Source of the DNA: Convolutriloba macropyga
Taxonomy: Eukaryota
Direction of reading: 5' to 3'
DNA: 64,000 nucleotides
NCBI RefSeq assembly: GCF_964194025.1
Contig: NC_134475.1
Coordinates: 55,366,001 to 55,430,000 of the forward strand
Program-made: the position numbers and the translations under genes
In this document: in pieces, positions 28,050-40,300 of the stretch
Position numbering within the stretch: the stretch's first letter is position 1
Layout of the letters: every line of letters begins with the position of its first letter
The notes under the pieces: generated by a model
What the model saw: only the letters and a program-made list of their open reading frames with translations
What the model was told of the DNA's origin: nothing
Database searches by the model: none

Positions 28050-28990
28050 CAAATTTTTGCAAATTGACTTGTGATTCCACAAATTTTGCAGTTCTTTTCC
28101 CGTACCGGGCAGTTTTGATAACGAATAACTGACCAAGCGTATCTGCATTTCGGACAAATCGTGCGTTTGAATTACTTGTTGTTGATCTGCATCTGTTCCA
28201 TGAGTTTTGAAGGCTTTTAACAGATGCATTGGCAAGTTGATTGGAGACAGTATATGCCGCAGTTCACGATGTTTTCAATTGATTTTGAACGCTCATTTCA
28301 ATGTTTATTGCCAGTTCCAAGGTTTTCCTGGCCGTCCTTGTCTCTTTTAACAGTTCTAGTTGTATTTAATACGACTTGCATCTTAGCGATAAAAACGATG
28401 CGAATTAAAGATTTCCCATGGCTGCCGCGATCACAATTTAGGAAAAGTTCACGGAAGCCTCCGTAAAACTTTTCTACTGGCTCTCCTTTGAGTTGTTTTC
28501 GTGTACGGAATATATATCAATCGAATGTTATATTCTTTTGTTTTGTGAAAACATTGTCCAGACTAATGCAGAGATCCTTCGTAGAGATCTGATCGATTTG
28601 TACTGTGTGTGCTTGGGACCTAAAAATCCGTCGGTTTTCCGTGCCTAAACTAAAGTATGTAAGTGAAACGGCTTGTTTTTGCAAAATTTCCATGGCCTAT
28701 TGCCACACAAAATTCTCGCTGCTGCGTTTTTCTGACATTTTTTGAACCGCGCATTTTCGAGTTGTTCATTTCGTTTTCTTCGATCTCTCTCTTTTTGAGC
28801 TGTGCTATTGTCCAGATCTTCATCATAAATAGGCTCAGGAGGAAATTTAACTTTGTTAGGGGATGCTTCTCGTAGTCTGTCAATTGAGATACCTTCTTTT
28901 GCCAATATTGCCAACATCAGGATGATCCTCCATTGTTCACATCGTAATGAGGGGTTCTAGTGTTGGTTGTTCCCAAAACTGTATTATCCC
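28050..28990 (-). pseudogene. Gypsy gag pseudogene
   Basis: ORF 28645-28917 (LAILAKEGISIDRLRE...ERDRRKRNEQL...CGNRPW) lies directly after the PBS and continues with frameshifts towards the protease. Confidence 0.7.
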
Positions 28991-29011
28991 CAGGAGTGCT
29001 CGTTATTTAGG

Positions 29012-29025
29012 TGCTGACTGCGCCA
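29012..29025 (-). promoter_or_regulatory. Primer-binding site, tRNA-Ser
   Basis: Minus-strand TGGCGCAGTCAGCA follows the LTR end (..TATCACA) directly. It is complementary to the ..TGCTGACTGCG-CCA 3' end typical of invertebrate tRNA-Ser. Confidence 0.8.
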
Positions 29026-29422
29026 TGTGATACCTTAGTCTGTAAGGTATGTAATTGAAGAGCGAATATTTTTCTAAGACTTGTTACTGGATTCAAGGAG
29101 CGAATCCAATTTAATTTACGTAGATTGAAATTACAGCTTTCAGGATTGTTTTGGAATATTTGAATAGTGTTACGATTCCAACTGTTTTCTCTGGTTAGGA
29201 AATGCTGACGCGATTTCACTAACAAACTATTCTCAGTCCAAAACAGAAGAGATTGCCAATCAACTGAATTTGAGAATCAACTGACGAAGAATGGAATTAC
29301 TAGAAACAACAAAAGTGCGACGCATGAACATATATGAACACTTGATTTTTTAGTCGGAGGTAAAACTTACCTCAGTGAATAACTCAAAGTTAACGGATGA
29401 ACGGAATTGTTTATTAAAAGTA
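29026..29422 (-). repeat. 5' LTR of the old Gypsy element (outer ~30-40 bp lost)
   Basis: Starts TGTGATACC on the + strand next to the PBS; similarity to the other LTR stops at ~29422. Confidence 0.85.
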
Positions 29423-30654
29423 ATGAGAGTAATAAGTTTCACTTAATAAGTATAGTAAATACTTTTACTTTTTTAGACAAAGTTTGTATTTATTACGAAA
29501 CGATGAGCAGAACCGAAGAAATTTTGTTTTAAACTCCTTTTCATTGGAGTAAATTGAAAAAATCTGAGAAAAAATTTAAAAATTTGAAGTGCTTTGACTG
29601 TCAAACAGAATTGAGGTGTTTAGAGAAAATGTAGTAGCTGTTGTTTGTATCATTTATTTTAAGCAATTGAGAAACACTTTGAGGTTGGGCTAATTTTCTC
29701 TGAGCCAGTTAACTTTTTTCACATGAGGATTTTTCTATTAACTTTTCTTTTGTTTTTAATTCTTGATTTTTTTGGATTACTGTTTGATCAGGGGGTTTGC
29801 AGGTTTTTTTTAGGATTCACAGGCTATGATAGGGATTTACAGGCTATGATAGGGATTTCATCCTCATTGTTATGTTTCATTTAGACTTCAAAAAACAAAT
29901 CTTTTGATGAGTTGATTGTAACTGTGAAAATAATGTTTACAATCATCAACTTTTTCTTAATGTTTTTGAACTTTTGCGCTGGAAAATTGTGAGCCTGTAA
30001 GGGCTAGCCTATTGTTGTGTGACAGTTTTGAAGTCTTTATTTTCAAGGAGCTTTTGCTTTTAGGTTCTCATGTATTGTAGGAAAAAAGCGAAAATTTTTT
30101 AATTGAGCTTTAAGGGCTAATTTTTTGTATTCTATAACTTGTTTAAATATCATCAGAGGATTGATTAGATACTATTCTATTAAAAGAGTAGTTTTTTTTT
30201 GCAGATGACGGCCGATACTGATGAAAAGAACTCAACGGAAAAATAATACTGATTGGAGTGGGATTCGACCCGGTTGACAAATCGTTTTTTATCAACAAAA
30301 CAGCAGTTGATAAAAGAGCTCTTTCCATCTGTTATTTTTCATTAGCAACGAATCCAATCACTCAGTACGATAGCGACGTTGTCATGAAAGAAGCAAAGTA
30401 GAAGTTTCATGTCTTCCAATTTTTATCACTTTAAAATAAAACATTCATTCAAATAAACTGCAAGTTTTTAGTCTGGCTTTATAAAAGTGCGATTGCTATA
30501 CTTTTTCTGAGACAAAATAGTATGACCCAGATATTCAGTTTTTCGATTAGTCTATAGTCTTTTGATTTTTGAGGTCATACCGGGTATATAGAAGACACAT
30601 TTACCAAACATTTCATTTTACTGGAAGGACTGCTGAACTTATCTCGAACCAAAG

Positions 30655-30824
30655 ATGTTCAAGTTAATGACGGACGAGTTAGTGAGGACCCTGTGCAGCG
30701 ACAGAAACACTCTGGGTCTGGGTCAGTGTGTCATCCCGGCTGCTTCAATCCACGAAGCTGCCTTTGTCAAACTGGGCACTTTTGTCATCAAACGACAGCC
30801 TTCCTATCCGTGGCAGGCTGCTAG
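30655..30824 (+). CDS. Gasdermin-like gene A, coding exon 1 (GSDME/pejvakin-type N-terminus)
   Basis: MFKLMTDELVRTL..GLGQCVIPAASIHEAAFVKLGTFVIKRQPSYPWQAA parallels GSDME MFAKATRNFLREV..GDLIAVSNLNDSDKLQLLSLVTKKKRFWCWQRPKY. Donor AG|GTTCGT is phase 2 and at the same position as in paralogue B. Confidence 0.85.
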
Positions 30825-31197
30825 GTTCGTTATTTATCAAGAAAAGGGCAAAAACCTGCGACAAATATCAGATCAAAATTCTTGTTTTGAGGACAAAGTG
30901 AGGTCTGAATAAATTTCTGAACTTCTGAGCTAAAAAAGATTGAACGATCGCAGAATAAATTATGCAGTGAATACAACCCCTAGGGATAAAGTCCTCAAAA
31001 CTTAAACCCTCATTATGTATTAAACAGGGCTGTTAAACAGTTGAGGGCTTATTGACAGTTATTTGAAGTACCTTTCCTGCTTTGGCCCCCAGCTTTTGTA
31101 TAGTCTGATATATATTTGCAATAAGGGCAATAAAACATGGGGGGACAGAATAGATCCGATTTATAATCCGGACCTAGCTGGGAGTGACTTTTTTCAG

Positions 31198-31333
31198 TTA
31201 TGAGTACTTAGCACCTCTGGGCGTTAAACTGAAGAAATCCAAACATTTTGAGCACACGACAGTTCTGTGCGACAGCTACAAAGCCATGGACATGCAAACT
31301 AGCGTCTCAGTCAACGTTGCCACTCTGCAGTTT
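31198..31333 (+). CDS. Gasdermin-like gene A, exon 2
   Basis: Acceptor TTTTTTCAG|, donor |GTGAGT. 136 nt, phase 2 to 0, in frame with exon 1: (S)YEYLAPLGVKLKKSKHFEHTTVLCDSYKAMDMQTSVSVNVATLQF. Completes the W-Q-x-x-x-Y motif. Confidence 0.85.
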
Positions 31334-31399
31334 GTGAGTACAAAAATATAAATAATATTGTTCCCATCGCCGAGACACAAGACAATTACAAAGAAAGAG

Positions 31400-34300
31400 A
31401 CGGTTTAATCAGAGTTCTTTCGGTCTGGGATGGTCTGATCAGAAGTCATTTCGGTCTAAAAATATTTGCTCAGAGCAGACAGCTTGATCAGAGGTCATTG
31501 CAATCTAGGATTTTCTGTTCAGAGAAGATGGCCTGATCAGAGGTCATTTCGGTCTGAGATTGTTTGTTCAAAGCAGACAGTTTGATCAGAGGTTATTTCA
31601 ATCTGGGATGGTCTGATCAGAGCAGATGTTCTGATCAAAGGTATTTTGACTCTGGGATTGTCTGATCAGAGCAGACGACTTGATCAGATGTCTTTTCGGT
31701 CTGAGATTGTCTGATCAGAGCAGGCGATGTGATGAGAGGTCATTTTGATCTGGGATTGGTTGCTCAGAGCAGACAGTTTGATCAGAGGTTAATTCAATCT
31801 GAAATTGTCTGATAAGAGCAAATGGTCTGATCAGGGGTCATTTTGGTCTCGGGTTGTCTGATCAGAGTAGACGGTCTGATCACAGGTCATCGCGGTCGAT
31901 TATTAGTTCATAGCAGATATTTTGATCAGAGGTTATCTCAATCTGGGATTGTCTGATCGGTACAGATGGTCTTACCACAGGCCATTTCAGTCTCGTATTG
32001 TCTGATCAAAGTGGACGGTCTGATCAGAGTTCGTTTCCATCTGAGAGTTTTTGATCAGAGCAGACGGTTTGATGAGAGGTCGATTAAATTTGGGATTGTC
32101 TGATCAAAACAGACGGTGTAATCAGATGTTACATCGGTCTGAGATTGTCTGACCAACGCAGATGGTCTGATCAGAGGTCATTACAGTCTGGGATTGTCTG
32201 ATGAGAGTAGACGGTCCGATCACAGGTCTTTTCCAACTGAAGTTTTTGATCAGAGCATGCGGTCTGATCAGAAATCATTTGGGTCTAGGATTTTTTGATC
32301 AGAGCAGAGGTCTTGATCAGAGGTCATTTCGATCAGGGATTGTCTGATAAAAATAGACGGATTGATCAGATTTTAATTCGCTATGAGATTTTCTGATCAG
32401 AGCAGACGATCTTATCAGAGGTCAGTTTTATCTGCTCTGTTTGATCAGAGCAGACGGTCTGATCAGAAGTCAATTTGATCTGAGATTAATTGTTCAGATC
32501 AGACAGTATGATCAGAGGTCATTTCAGTATGGTATTGTCTGTTCAGAGCAGATGGTCGGAGCAAAATTCAATTTGGTCTGAGATTTTTCACTCTGAGTAT
32601 ACAATTTGAACAGAGGGTTTTTCGATCTTGGATTCTCTGATCAGAGTAGACGGTCGGATCAAAGGTCTTTTTGGTCGGAGCTTGGTTGATCAGAGCAGAC
32701 AGTCTGATCAGAGGTCGTTTCAATCTGAGATTATTTGTTCAGAGCAGACAATTTGATCAGAGACCATTTCGGTCTGAGATTTTATGTTGAGAGCAGAGAA
32801 TTTCGTCAGATCTCATTACAGTCTGGGATTGTCTGATGAGAGTAGACGGTCTGATCAGAGCTCTTTTTCCATCTGAAATTCTTTGATCAGAGCAGGCGGT
32901 TTGATCGGAAGTCATTTGGGTCTGGGAATTTTTGATCAGATCAGAGGGTTCGATCAGAGGTCATTTCGATCAGGGATTGTCTCATGAAAACAGACTGATT
33001 GATCAGATTATAATTCGAGTTGAGATTCTCTGATTAGAGCAGACAGTTTGATCAGAGGTCACTTCAATCAGGGGTTGTCTGATCAGAGCAGACGGTTCAA
33101 TCGCTGGACATTTTGACCTGAGATTGTTTGATCAGACCAGACGGTTTGATCAGATGTCACTTCGGTTTGGGGTTGTCTGATCAAAGTACACGGTTTGATC
33201 AGAGGTCATTTCGATCTTGTATTGTCCGATCAGAGTAGACCGTCTGATCAAAGGTCACTTCGGTCTGCGGTGATTTGACCGCAGCAGACAGTTTGTTCAG
33301 AGGTTATTTCAACCTGAGACTTTTTGATCAGATCAGACGGTTTAATGAGAGGTTGATTTGATCTGAGATTGTTTAATAAAAACAGAGAGTTTGATCAGAG
33401 GTTGATTCAATATGGGATTGTCTGATCAAAGCAGACGGTGTAATCAAGTGTTAAATCGGTCTGAGATTTTCTGATCAGAGCCGAGGGTTTGATCAGAGGT
33501 CATTTCGATCAGGGATTGTCTGATAAAAATAGACGGATTGATCAGATTTTAATTCGCTCTGAGATTTTCTGATCAGAGCAGACGATCTTATCAGAGGTCA
33601 GTTTTATCTGCTCTGTTTGATCAGAGCAGACGGTCTGATCAGAAGTCAATTTGATCTGAGATTAATTGTTCAGAGCAGACAGTATGATCAGAGGTCATTT
33701 CAGTATGGTATTGTCTGTTCAGAGCAGATGGTCGGAGCAAAATTCAATTTGGTCTGAGATTTTTCACTCTGAGTATACGATTTGAACAGAGGGTTTTTCG
33801 ATCTTGGATTCTCTGATCAGAGTAGACGGTCGGATCAAAGGTATTTTTGGTCGGAGCTTGGTTGATCAGAGCAGACGGTCTGATCAGAGGTCGTTTCAAT
33901 CTGAGATTATTTGTTCAGAGCAGACAATTTGATCAGAGACCATTTCGGTCTGAGATTTTATGTTGAGAGCAGAGAATTTCGTCAGATCTCATTACAGTCT
34001 GGGATTGTGTGATGAGAGTAGACGGTCTGATCAGAGCTCTTTTTCCATCTGAAATTCTTTGATCAGAGCAGGCGGTTTGATCGGAAGTCATTTGGGTCTG
34101 GGAATTTTTGATCAGATCAGAGGGTTCGATCAGAGGTCATTTCGATCAGGGATTGTCTCATGAAAACAGACTGATTGATCAGATTATAATTCGAGTTGAG
34201 ATTCTCTGATCAGAGCAGACAGTTTGATCAGAGGTCACTTCAATCAGGGGTTGTCTGATTAGAGAAGACGGTTCGATCGCTGGACATTTTGACCTGAGAT

Positions 34301-37300
34301 TGTTTGATCAGACCAGACGGTTTGATCAGATGTCACTTCGGTTTGGGGTTGTCTGATCAAAGTACACGGTTTGATCAGAGGTCATTTCGATCTTGTATTG
34401 TCCGATCAGAGTAGACCGTCTGATCAAAGGTCACTTCGGTCTGCGGTGATTTGACCGCAGCAGACAGTTTGGTCAGAGGTTATTTCAACCTGAGACTTTT
34501 TGATCAGATCAGACGGTTTAATGAGAGGTTGATTTGATCTGAGATTGTTTGATAAAAACAGAGAGTTTGATCAGAGGTTGATTCAATATGGGATTGTCTG
34601 ATCAAAGCAGATGGTCTGATCAGAGGGCATTACAGTCCTTTTTTAGAGTACTTTTTCTATCTGAAATTTTTTGATCAGAGCGGACGGTTTGATCAGATGT
34701 CATTTTGGTCTGGAATTTTCTGATCAGAGCAGAGGGTTTGAACAGAGCTCATTTCGATCAGGTATTGTCTGATCAAAATAGGCGGATTGATCAGATTATA
34801 ACTCGAGCTGAAATTCTCTGATCAGAGCAGACGGTTTTATCAGAGGTAAATTTTAACTGCTCTGGTTGATCAGAGCAGATGGTTTGATCAGATGTCATTT
34901 TGATCTGAGATTAATTGTTGAGAGTAGACTGTTTGATCAGAGGTCACTTCAATCTGGGGTTGTCTGATCAAAGCAGATGGCATAATAAGATGTTACATTG
35001 TTCTGAGATTGTCTAAACAGAGCAGACGGTTCGATCAATGGAAATTTTGACCTGAGATTGTTTGATCAGACCAGACGGTTTGATCAAATGTCACTTCGGT
35101 CTGGGGTTGTCTGATCAAAGTAGACGGTTTGATCAGAGTTCATTTCGATCTTGTTTTGTTCGATCAGAGTAGACCGTCTGATCAGAGGTCACTTTGGTCT
35201 GCGGTTATCTGACCACAGCAGACAGTTTGGTCGGAGGTTATTTCAACCTGAGACTTTTTGATCCGAGCAGACGGTTTAATGAGAGGTTGATTTGATCTGA
35301 GATTGGTTGATAGGAACAGAGAGTTTGATCAGAGCTTGATTCAATATGGGATTTTCTGATCAAAGCAGACTGTGTAATCAAGTGTTAAATCGGTCTGAGA
35401 TTGTCTGATCAATGCAGATGGTCTAATCAGAGGTGATTACAGTCTTTTTTTAGAGTCCTTTTTCCATCTGAAATTTTTTGATCAGAGCGGACGGCTTGAT
35501 CAGATGTCATTTTGGTCTGGAATTTTCTGATCAGAGCAGAGGGTTTGAACAGAGGTCTTTTCGATCAGGTATTGTCTGATCAAAATAGACGGATTGATCA
35601 AACTATAACTCGAGCTGAAATTCTCTGATCATAGCAGACGGTTTTATCAGAGGTCAATTTTAACTGCTCTGGTTGATCGGAGCAGATGGTTTGATCAGAG
35701 GTCATTTTAAATCTGAGACTAATTGTTCAGAGCAGACTGTTTGATCACAGGTCACTTCAATCTGGGATTCTCTGATCAGAGCAGACGGCATAAAAAGATG
35801 TTATTTTATTCTGAGATTATCTTATGAGAGCAGACGGTTTGATCAGTGGACCTTTTGACCTGAGATTGTTTGATCAGAACAGACGGTTTGATAAGATGTC
35901 ACTTCGGTCTGGGGTTGTCTGATCAAATTAGACGGTTTGATCAGAGGTTATTTCGATCTTGTATTGTCCGATCAAAGTAGACCGTCTGATCAGCGGTCAC
36001 TTCGGTCTGCGGTGATTTGACCGCAGCAGACAGTTTGGTCAGAGGTTATTTCAACCTGAGACTTTTTGATCAGATCAGACGGTTTAATGAGAGGTTGATT
36101 TGATCTGAGATTGTTTGATAAAAACAGAGAGTTTGATCAGAGGTTGATTCAATATGGGATTGTCTGATCAAAGCAGATGGTCTGATCAGAGGGCATTACA
36201 GTCCTTTTTTAGAGTACTTTTTCTATCTGAAATTTTTTGATCAGAGCGGACGGTTTGATCAGATGTCATTTTGGTCTGGAATTTTCTGATCAGAGCAGAG
36301 GGTTTGAACAGAGCTCATTTCGATCAGGTATTGTCTGATCAAAATAGGCGGATTGATCAGATTATAACTCGAGCTGAAATTCTCTGATCAGAGCAGACGG
36401 TTTTATCAGATGTAAATTTTAACTGCTCTGGTTGATCAGAGCAGATGGTTTGATCAGATGTCATTTTGATCTGAGATTAATTGTTGAGAGTAGACTGTTT
36501 GATCAGAGGTCACTTCAATCTGGGGTTGTCTGATCAAAGCAGATGGCATAATAAGATGTTACATTGTTCTGAGATTGTCTAAACAGAGCAGACGGTTCGA
36601 TCAATGGAAATTTTGACCTGAGATTGTTTGATCAGACCAGACGGTTTGATCAAATGTCACTTCGGTCTGGGGTTGTCTGATCAAAGTAGACGGTTTGGTC
36701 AGAGTTCATTTCGATCTTGTTTTGTTCGATCAGAGTAGACCGTCTGATCAGAGGTCACTTTGGTCTGCGGTTATCTGACCACAGCAGACAGTTTGGTCGG
36801 AGGTTATTTCAACCTGAGACTTTTTGATCCGAGCAGACGGTTTAATGAGAGGTTGATTTGATCTGAGATTGGTTGATAGGAACAGAGAGTTTGATCAGAG
36901 CTTGATTCAATATGGGATTTTCTGATCAAAGCAGACTGTGTAATCAAGTGTTAAATCGGTCTGAGATTGTCTGATCAATGCAGATGGTCTAATCAGAGGT
37001 GATTACAGTCTTTTTTTAGAGTCCTTTTTCCATCTGAAATTTTTTGATCAGAGCGGACGGCTTGATCAGATGTCATTTTGGTCTGGAATTTTCTGATCAG
37101 AGCAGAGGGTTTGAACAGAGGTCTTTTCGATCAGGTATTGTCTGATCAAAATAGACGGATTGATCAAACTATAACTCGAGCTGAAATTCTCTGATCATAG
37201 CAGACGGTTTTATCAGAGGTCAATTTTGACTGCTCTGGTTGATCGAAGCAGATGGTTTGATCAGAGGTCATTTTAAATCTGAGACTAATTGTTCAGAGCA

Positions 37301-40300
37301 GACTGTTTGATCACAGGTCACTTCAATCTGGGATTCTCTGATCAGAGCAGACGGCATAAAAAGATGTTATTTTATTCTGAGATTATCTTATGAGAGCAGA
37401 CGGTTTGATCAGTGGACCTTTTGACCTGAGATTGTTTGATCAGAACAGACGGTTTGATAAGATGTCACTTCGGTCTGGGGTTGTCTGATCAAATTAGACG
37501 GTTTGATCAGAGGTTATTTCGATCTTGTATTGTCCGATCAAAGTAGACCGTCTGATCAGCGGTCACTTCGGTCTGCGGTTTTTTTTACCACAGCAGTTTG
37601 GTCAGAGGTTATTTCAACCTGAGACTTTTTGATCAGAGCAGACGGTTTATTGAGAGGTTGATTTGATCTGAAATTGGTTGACATGAATGGAGAGTTTGAT
37701 CAGAGGTTGATTCAATATGGCATTGTCTGATCAAAGCAGACGGTGTAATCAAGTGTTAAATCGGTCTGAGATTGTCTGATCAAAGCAGATGGTTCTATCA
37801 GAGGTCATTGCTGTCCTTTTTTAGAGTCCTTTTTCCATCTAAATTTTTTGGATCAGAGAGGAAGTTTTCATCAGATGTCATTTTGGTCTGAAATTTTTTG
37901 ATCAGAGCGGACGGCTTGATCAGATGTCATTTTGGTCTGGAATTTTCTGATCAGAGCAGAGGGTTTGAACAGAGGTCTTTTCGATCAGGTATTGTCTGAT
38001 CAAAATAGACGGATTGATCAAACTATAACTCGAGCTGAAATTCTCTGATCATAGCAGACGGTTTTATCAGAGGTCAATTTTAACTGCTCTGGTTGATCGG
38101 AGCAGATGGTTTGATCAGAGGTCATTTTAAATCTGAGACTAATTGTTCAGAGCAGACTGTTTGATCACAGGTCACTTCAATCTGGGATTCTCTGATCAGA
38201 GCAGACGGCATAAAAAGATGTTATTTTATTCTGAGATTATCTTATGAGAGCAGACGGTTTGATCAGTGGACCTTTTGACCTGAGATTGTTTGATCAGACC
38301 AGACGGTTTGATAAGATTTCACTTTGGTCTGGGGTTGTCTGATCAAATTAGACGGTTTGATCAGAGGTTATTTCGATCTTGTATTGTCCGATCAAAGTAG
38401 ACCGTCTGATCAGCGGTCACTTCGGTCTGCGGTTTTTTTACCACAGCAGTTTGGTCAGAGGTTATTTCAACCTGAGACTTTTTGATCAGAGCAGACGGTT
38501 TATTGAGAGGTTGATTTGATCTGAAATTGGTTGACATGAATGGAGAGTTTGATCAGAGGTTGATTCAATATGGGATTGTCTGATCAAAGCAGACGGTGTA
38601 ATCAAGTGTTAAATCGGTCTGAGATTGTCTGATCAATGCAGATGGTCTAATCAGAGGTGATTACAGTCTTTTTTTAGAGTCCTTTTTCCATCTGAAATTT
38701 TTTGATCAGAGCGGACGGCTTGATCAGATGTCATTTTGGTCTGGAATTTTCTGATCAGAGCAGACGGTTTGATCAGAGGTTATTTCGATCTTGTACTGTC
38801 CGATCAAAGTAGACCGTCTGATCAGCGGTCACTTCGGTCTGCGGTTTTTTTTACCACAGCAGTTTGGTCAGAGGTTATTTCAACCTGAGACTTTTTGATC
38901 AGAGCAGACGGTTTATTGAGAGGTTGATTTGATCTGAAATTGGTTGACATGAATGGAGAGTTTGATCAGAGGTTGATTCAATATGGGATTGTCTGATCAA
39001 AGCAGACGGTGTAATCAAGTGTTAAATCGGTCTGAGATTGTCTGATCAATGCAGATGGTTCTATCAGAGGTCATTGCAGTCCTTTTTTAGAGTCCTTTTT
39101 CCATCTAAATTTTTTGGATCAGAGAGGAAGTTTTCATCAGATGTCATTTTGGTCTGAAATTTTTTGATCAGAGCGGACGGCTTGATCAGATGTCATTTTG
39201 GTCTGGAATTTTCTGATCAGAGCAGAGGGTTTGAACAGAGGTCTTTTCGATCAGGTATTGTCTGATCAAAATAGACGGATTGATCAAACTATAACTCGAG
39301 CTGAAATTCTCTGGTCATAGCAGACGGTTTTATCAGAGGTCAATTTTAACTGCTCTGGTTGATCGGAGCAGATGGTTTGATCAGAGGTCATTTTAAATCT
39401 GAGACTAATTGTTCAGAGCAGACTGTTTGATCACAGGTCACTTCAATCTGGGATTCTCTGATCAGAGCAGACGGCATAAAAAGATGTTATTTTATTCTGA
39501 GATTATCTTATGAGAGCAGACGGTTTGATCAGTGGACCTTTTGACCTGAGATTGTTTGATCAGAACAGACGGTTTGATAAGATGTCACTTCGGTCTGGGG
39601 TTGTCTGATCAAATTAGACGGTTTGATCAGAGGTTATTTCGATCTTGTATTGTCCGATCAAAGTAGACCGTCTGATCAGCGGTCACTTCGGTCTGCGGTT
39701 TTTTTACCACAGCAGTTTGGTCAGAGGTTATTTCAACCTGAGACTTTTTGATCAGAGCAGACGGTTTATTGAGAGGTTGATTTGATCTGAAATTGGTTGA
39801 CATGAATGGAGAGTTTGATCAGAGGTTGATTCAATATGGGATTGTCTGATCAAAGCAGACGGTGTAATCAAGTGTTAAATCGGTCTGAGATTGTCTGATC
39901 AATGCAGATGGTTCTATCAGAGGTCATTGCAGTCCTTTTTTAGAGTCCTTTTTCCATCTAAATTTTTTGGATCAGAGAGGAAGTTTTCATCAGATGTCAT
40001 TTTGGTCTGAAATTTTTTGATCAGAGCGGACGGCTTGATCAGATGTCATTTTGGTCTGGAATTTTCTGATCAGAGCAGAGGGTTTGAACAGAGGTCTTTT
40101 CGATCAGGTATTGTCTGATCAAAATAGACGGATTGATCAAACTATAACTCGAGCTGAAATTCTCTGATCATAGCAGACGGTTTTATCAGAGGTCAATTTT
40201 AACTGCTCTGGTTGATCGGAGCAGATGGTTTGATCAGAGGTCATTTTAAATCTGAGACTAATTGTTCAGAGCAGACTGTTTGATCACAGGTCACTTCAAT

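Larger units (their letters stand above)
23034..29422 (-). mobile_element. Decayed Ty3/Gypsy LTR retrotransposon
   Basis: Two LTRs (23034-23461 and 29026-~29422), roughly 80-85% identical by eye; PBS present; gag and pol remnants in PR-RT-RH-IN order; many stops and frameshifts. Confidence 0.93.

Noticed and set aside
30825-30912. ORF-track C-terminal extensions of exon 1 (also 58528-58600)
   Set aside because: Paralogue similarity ends exactly at the shared GT donor, so the extensions are intron read-through.
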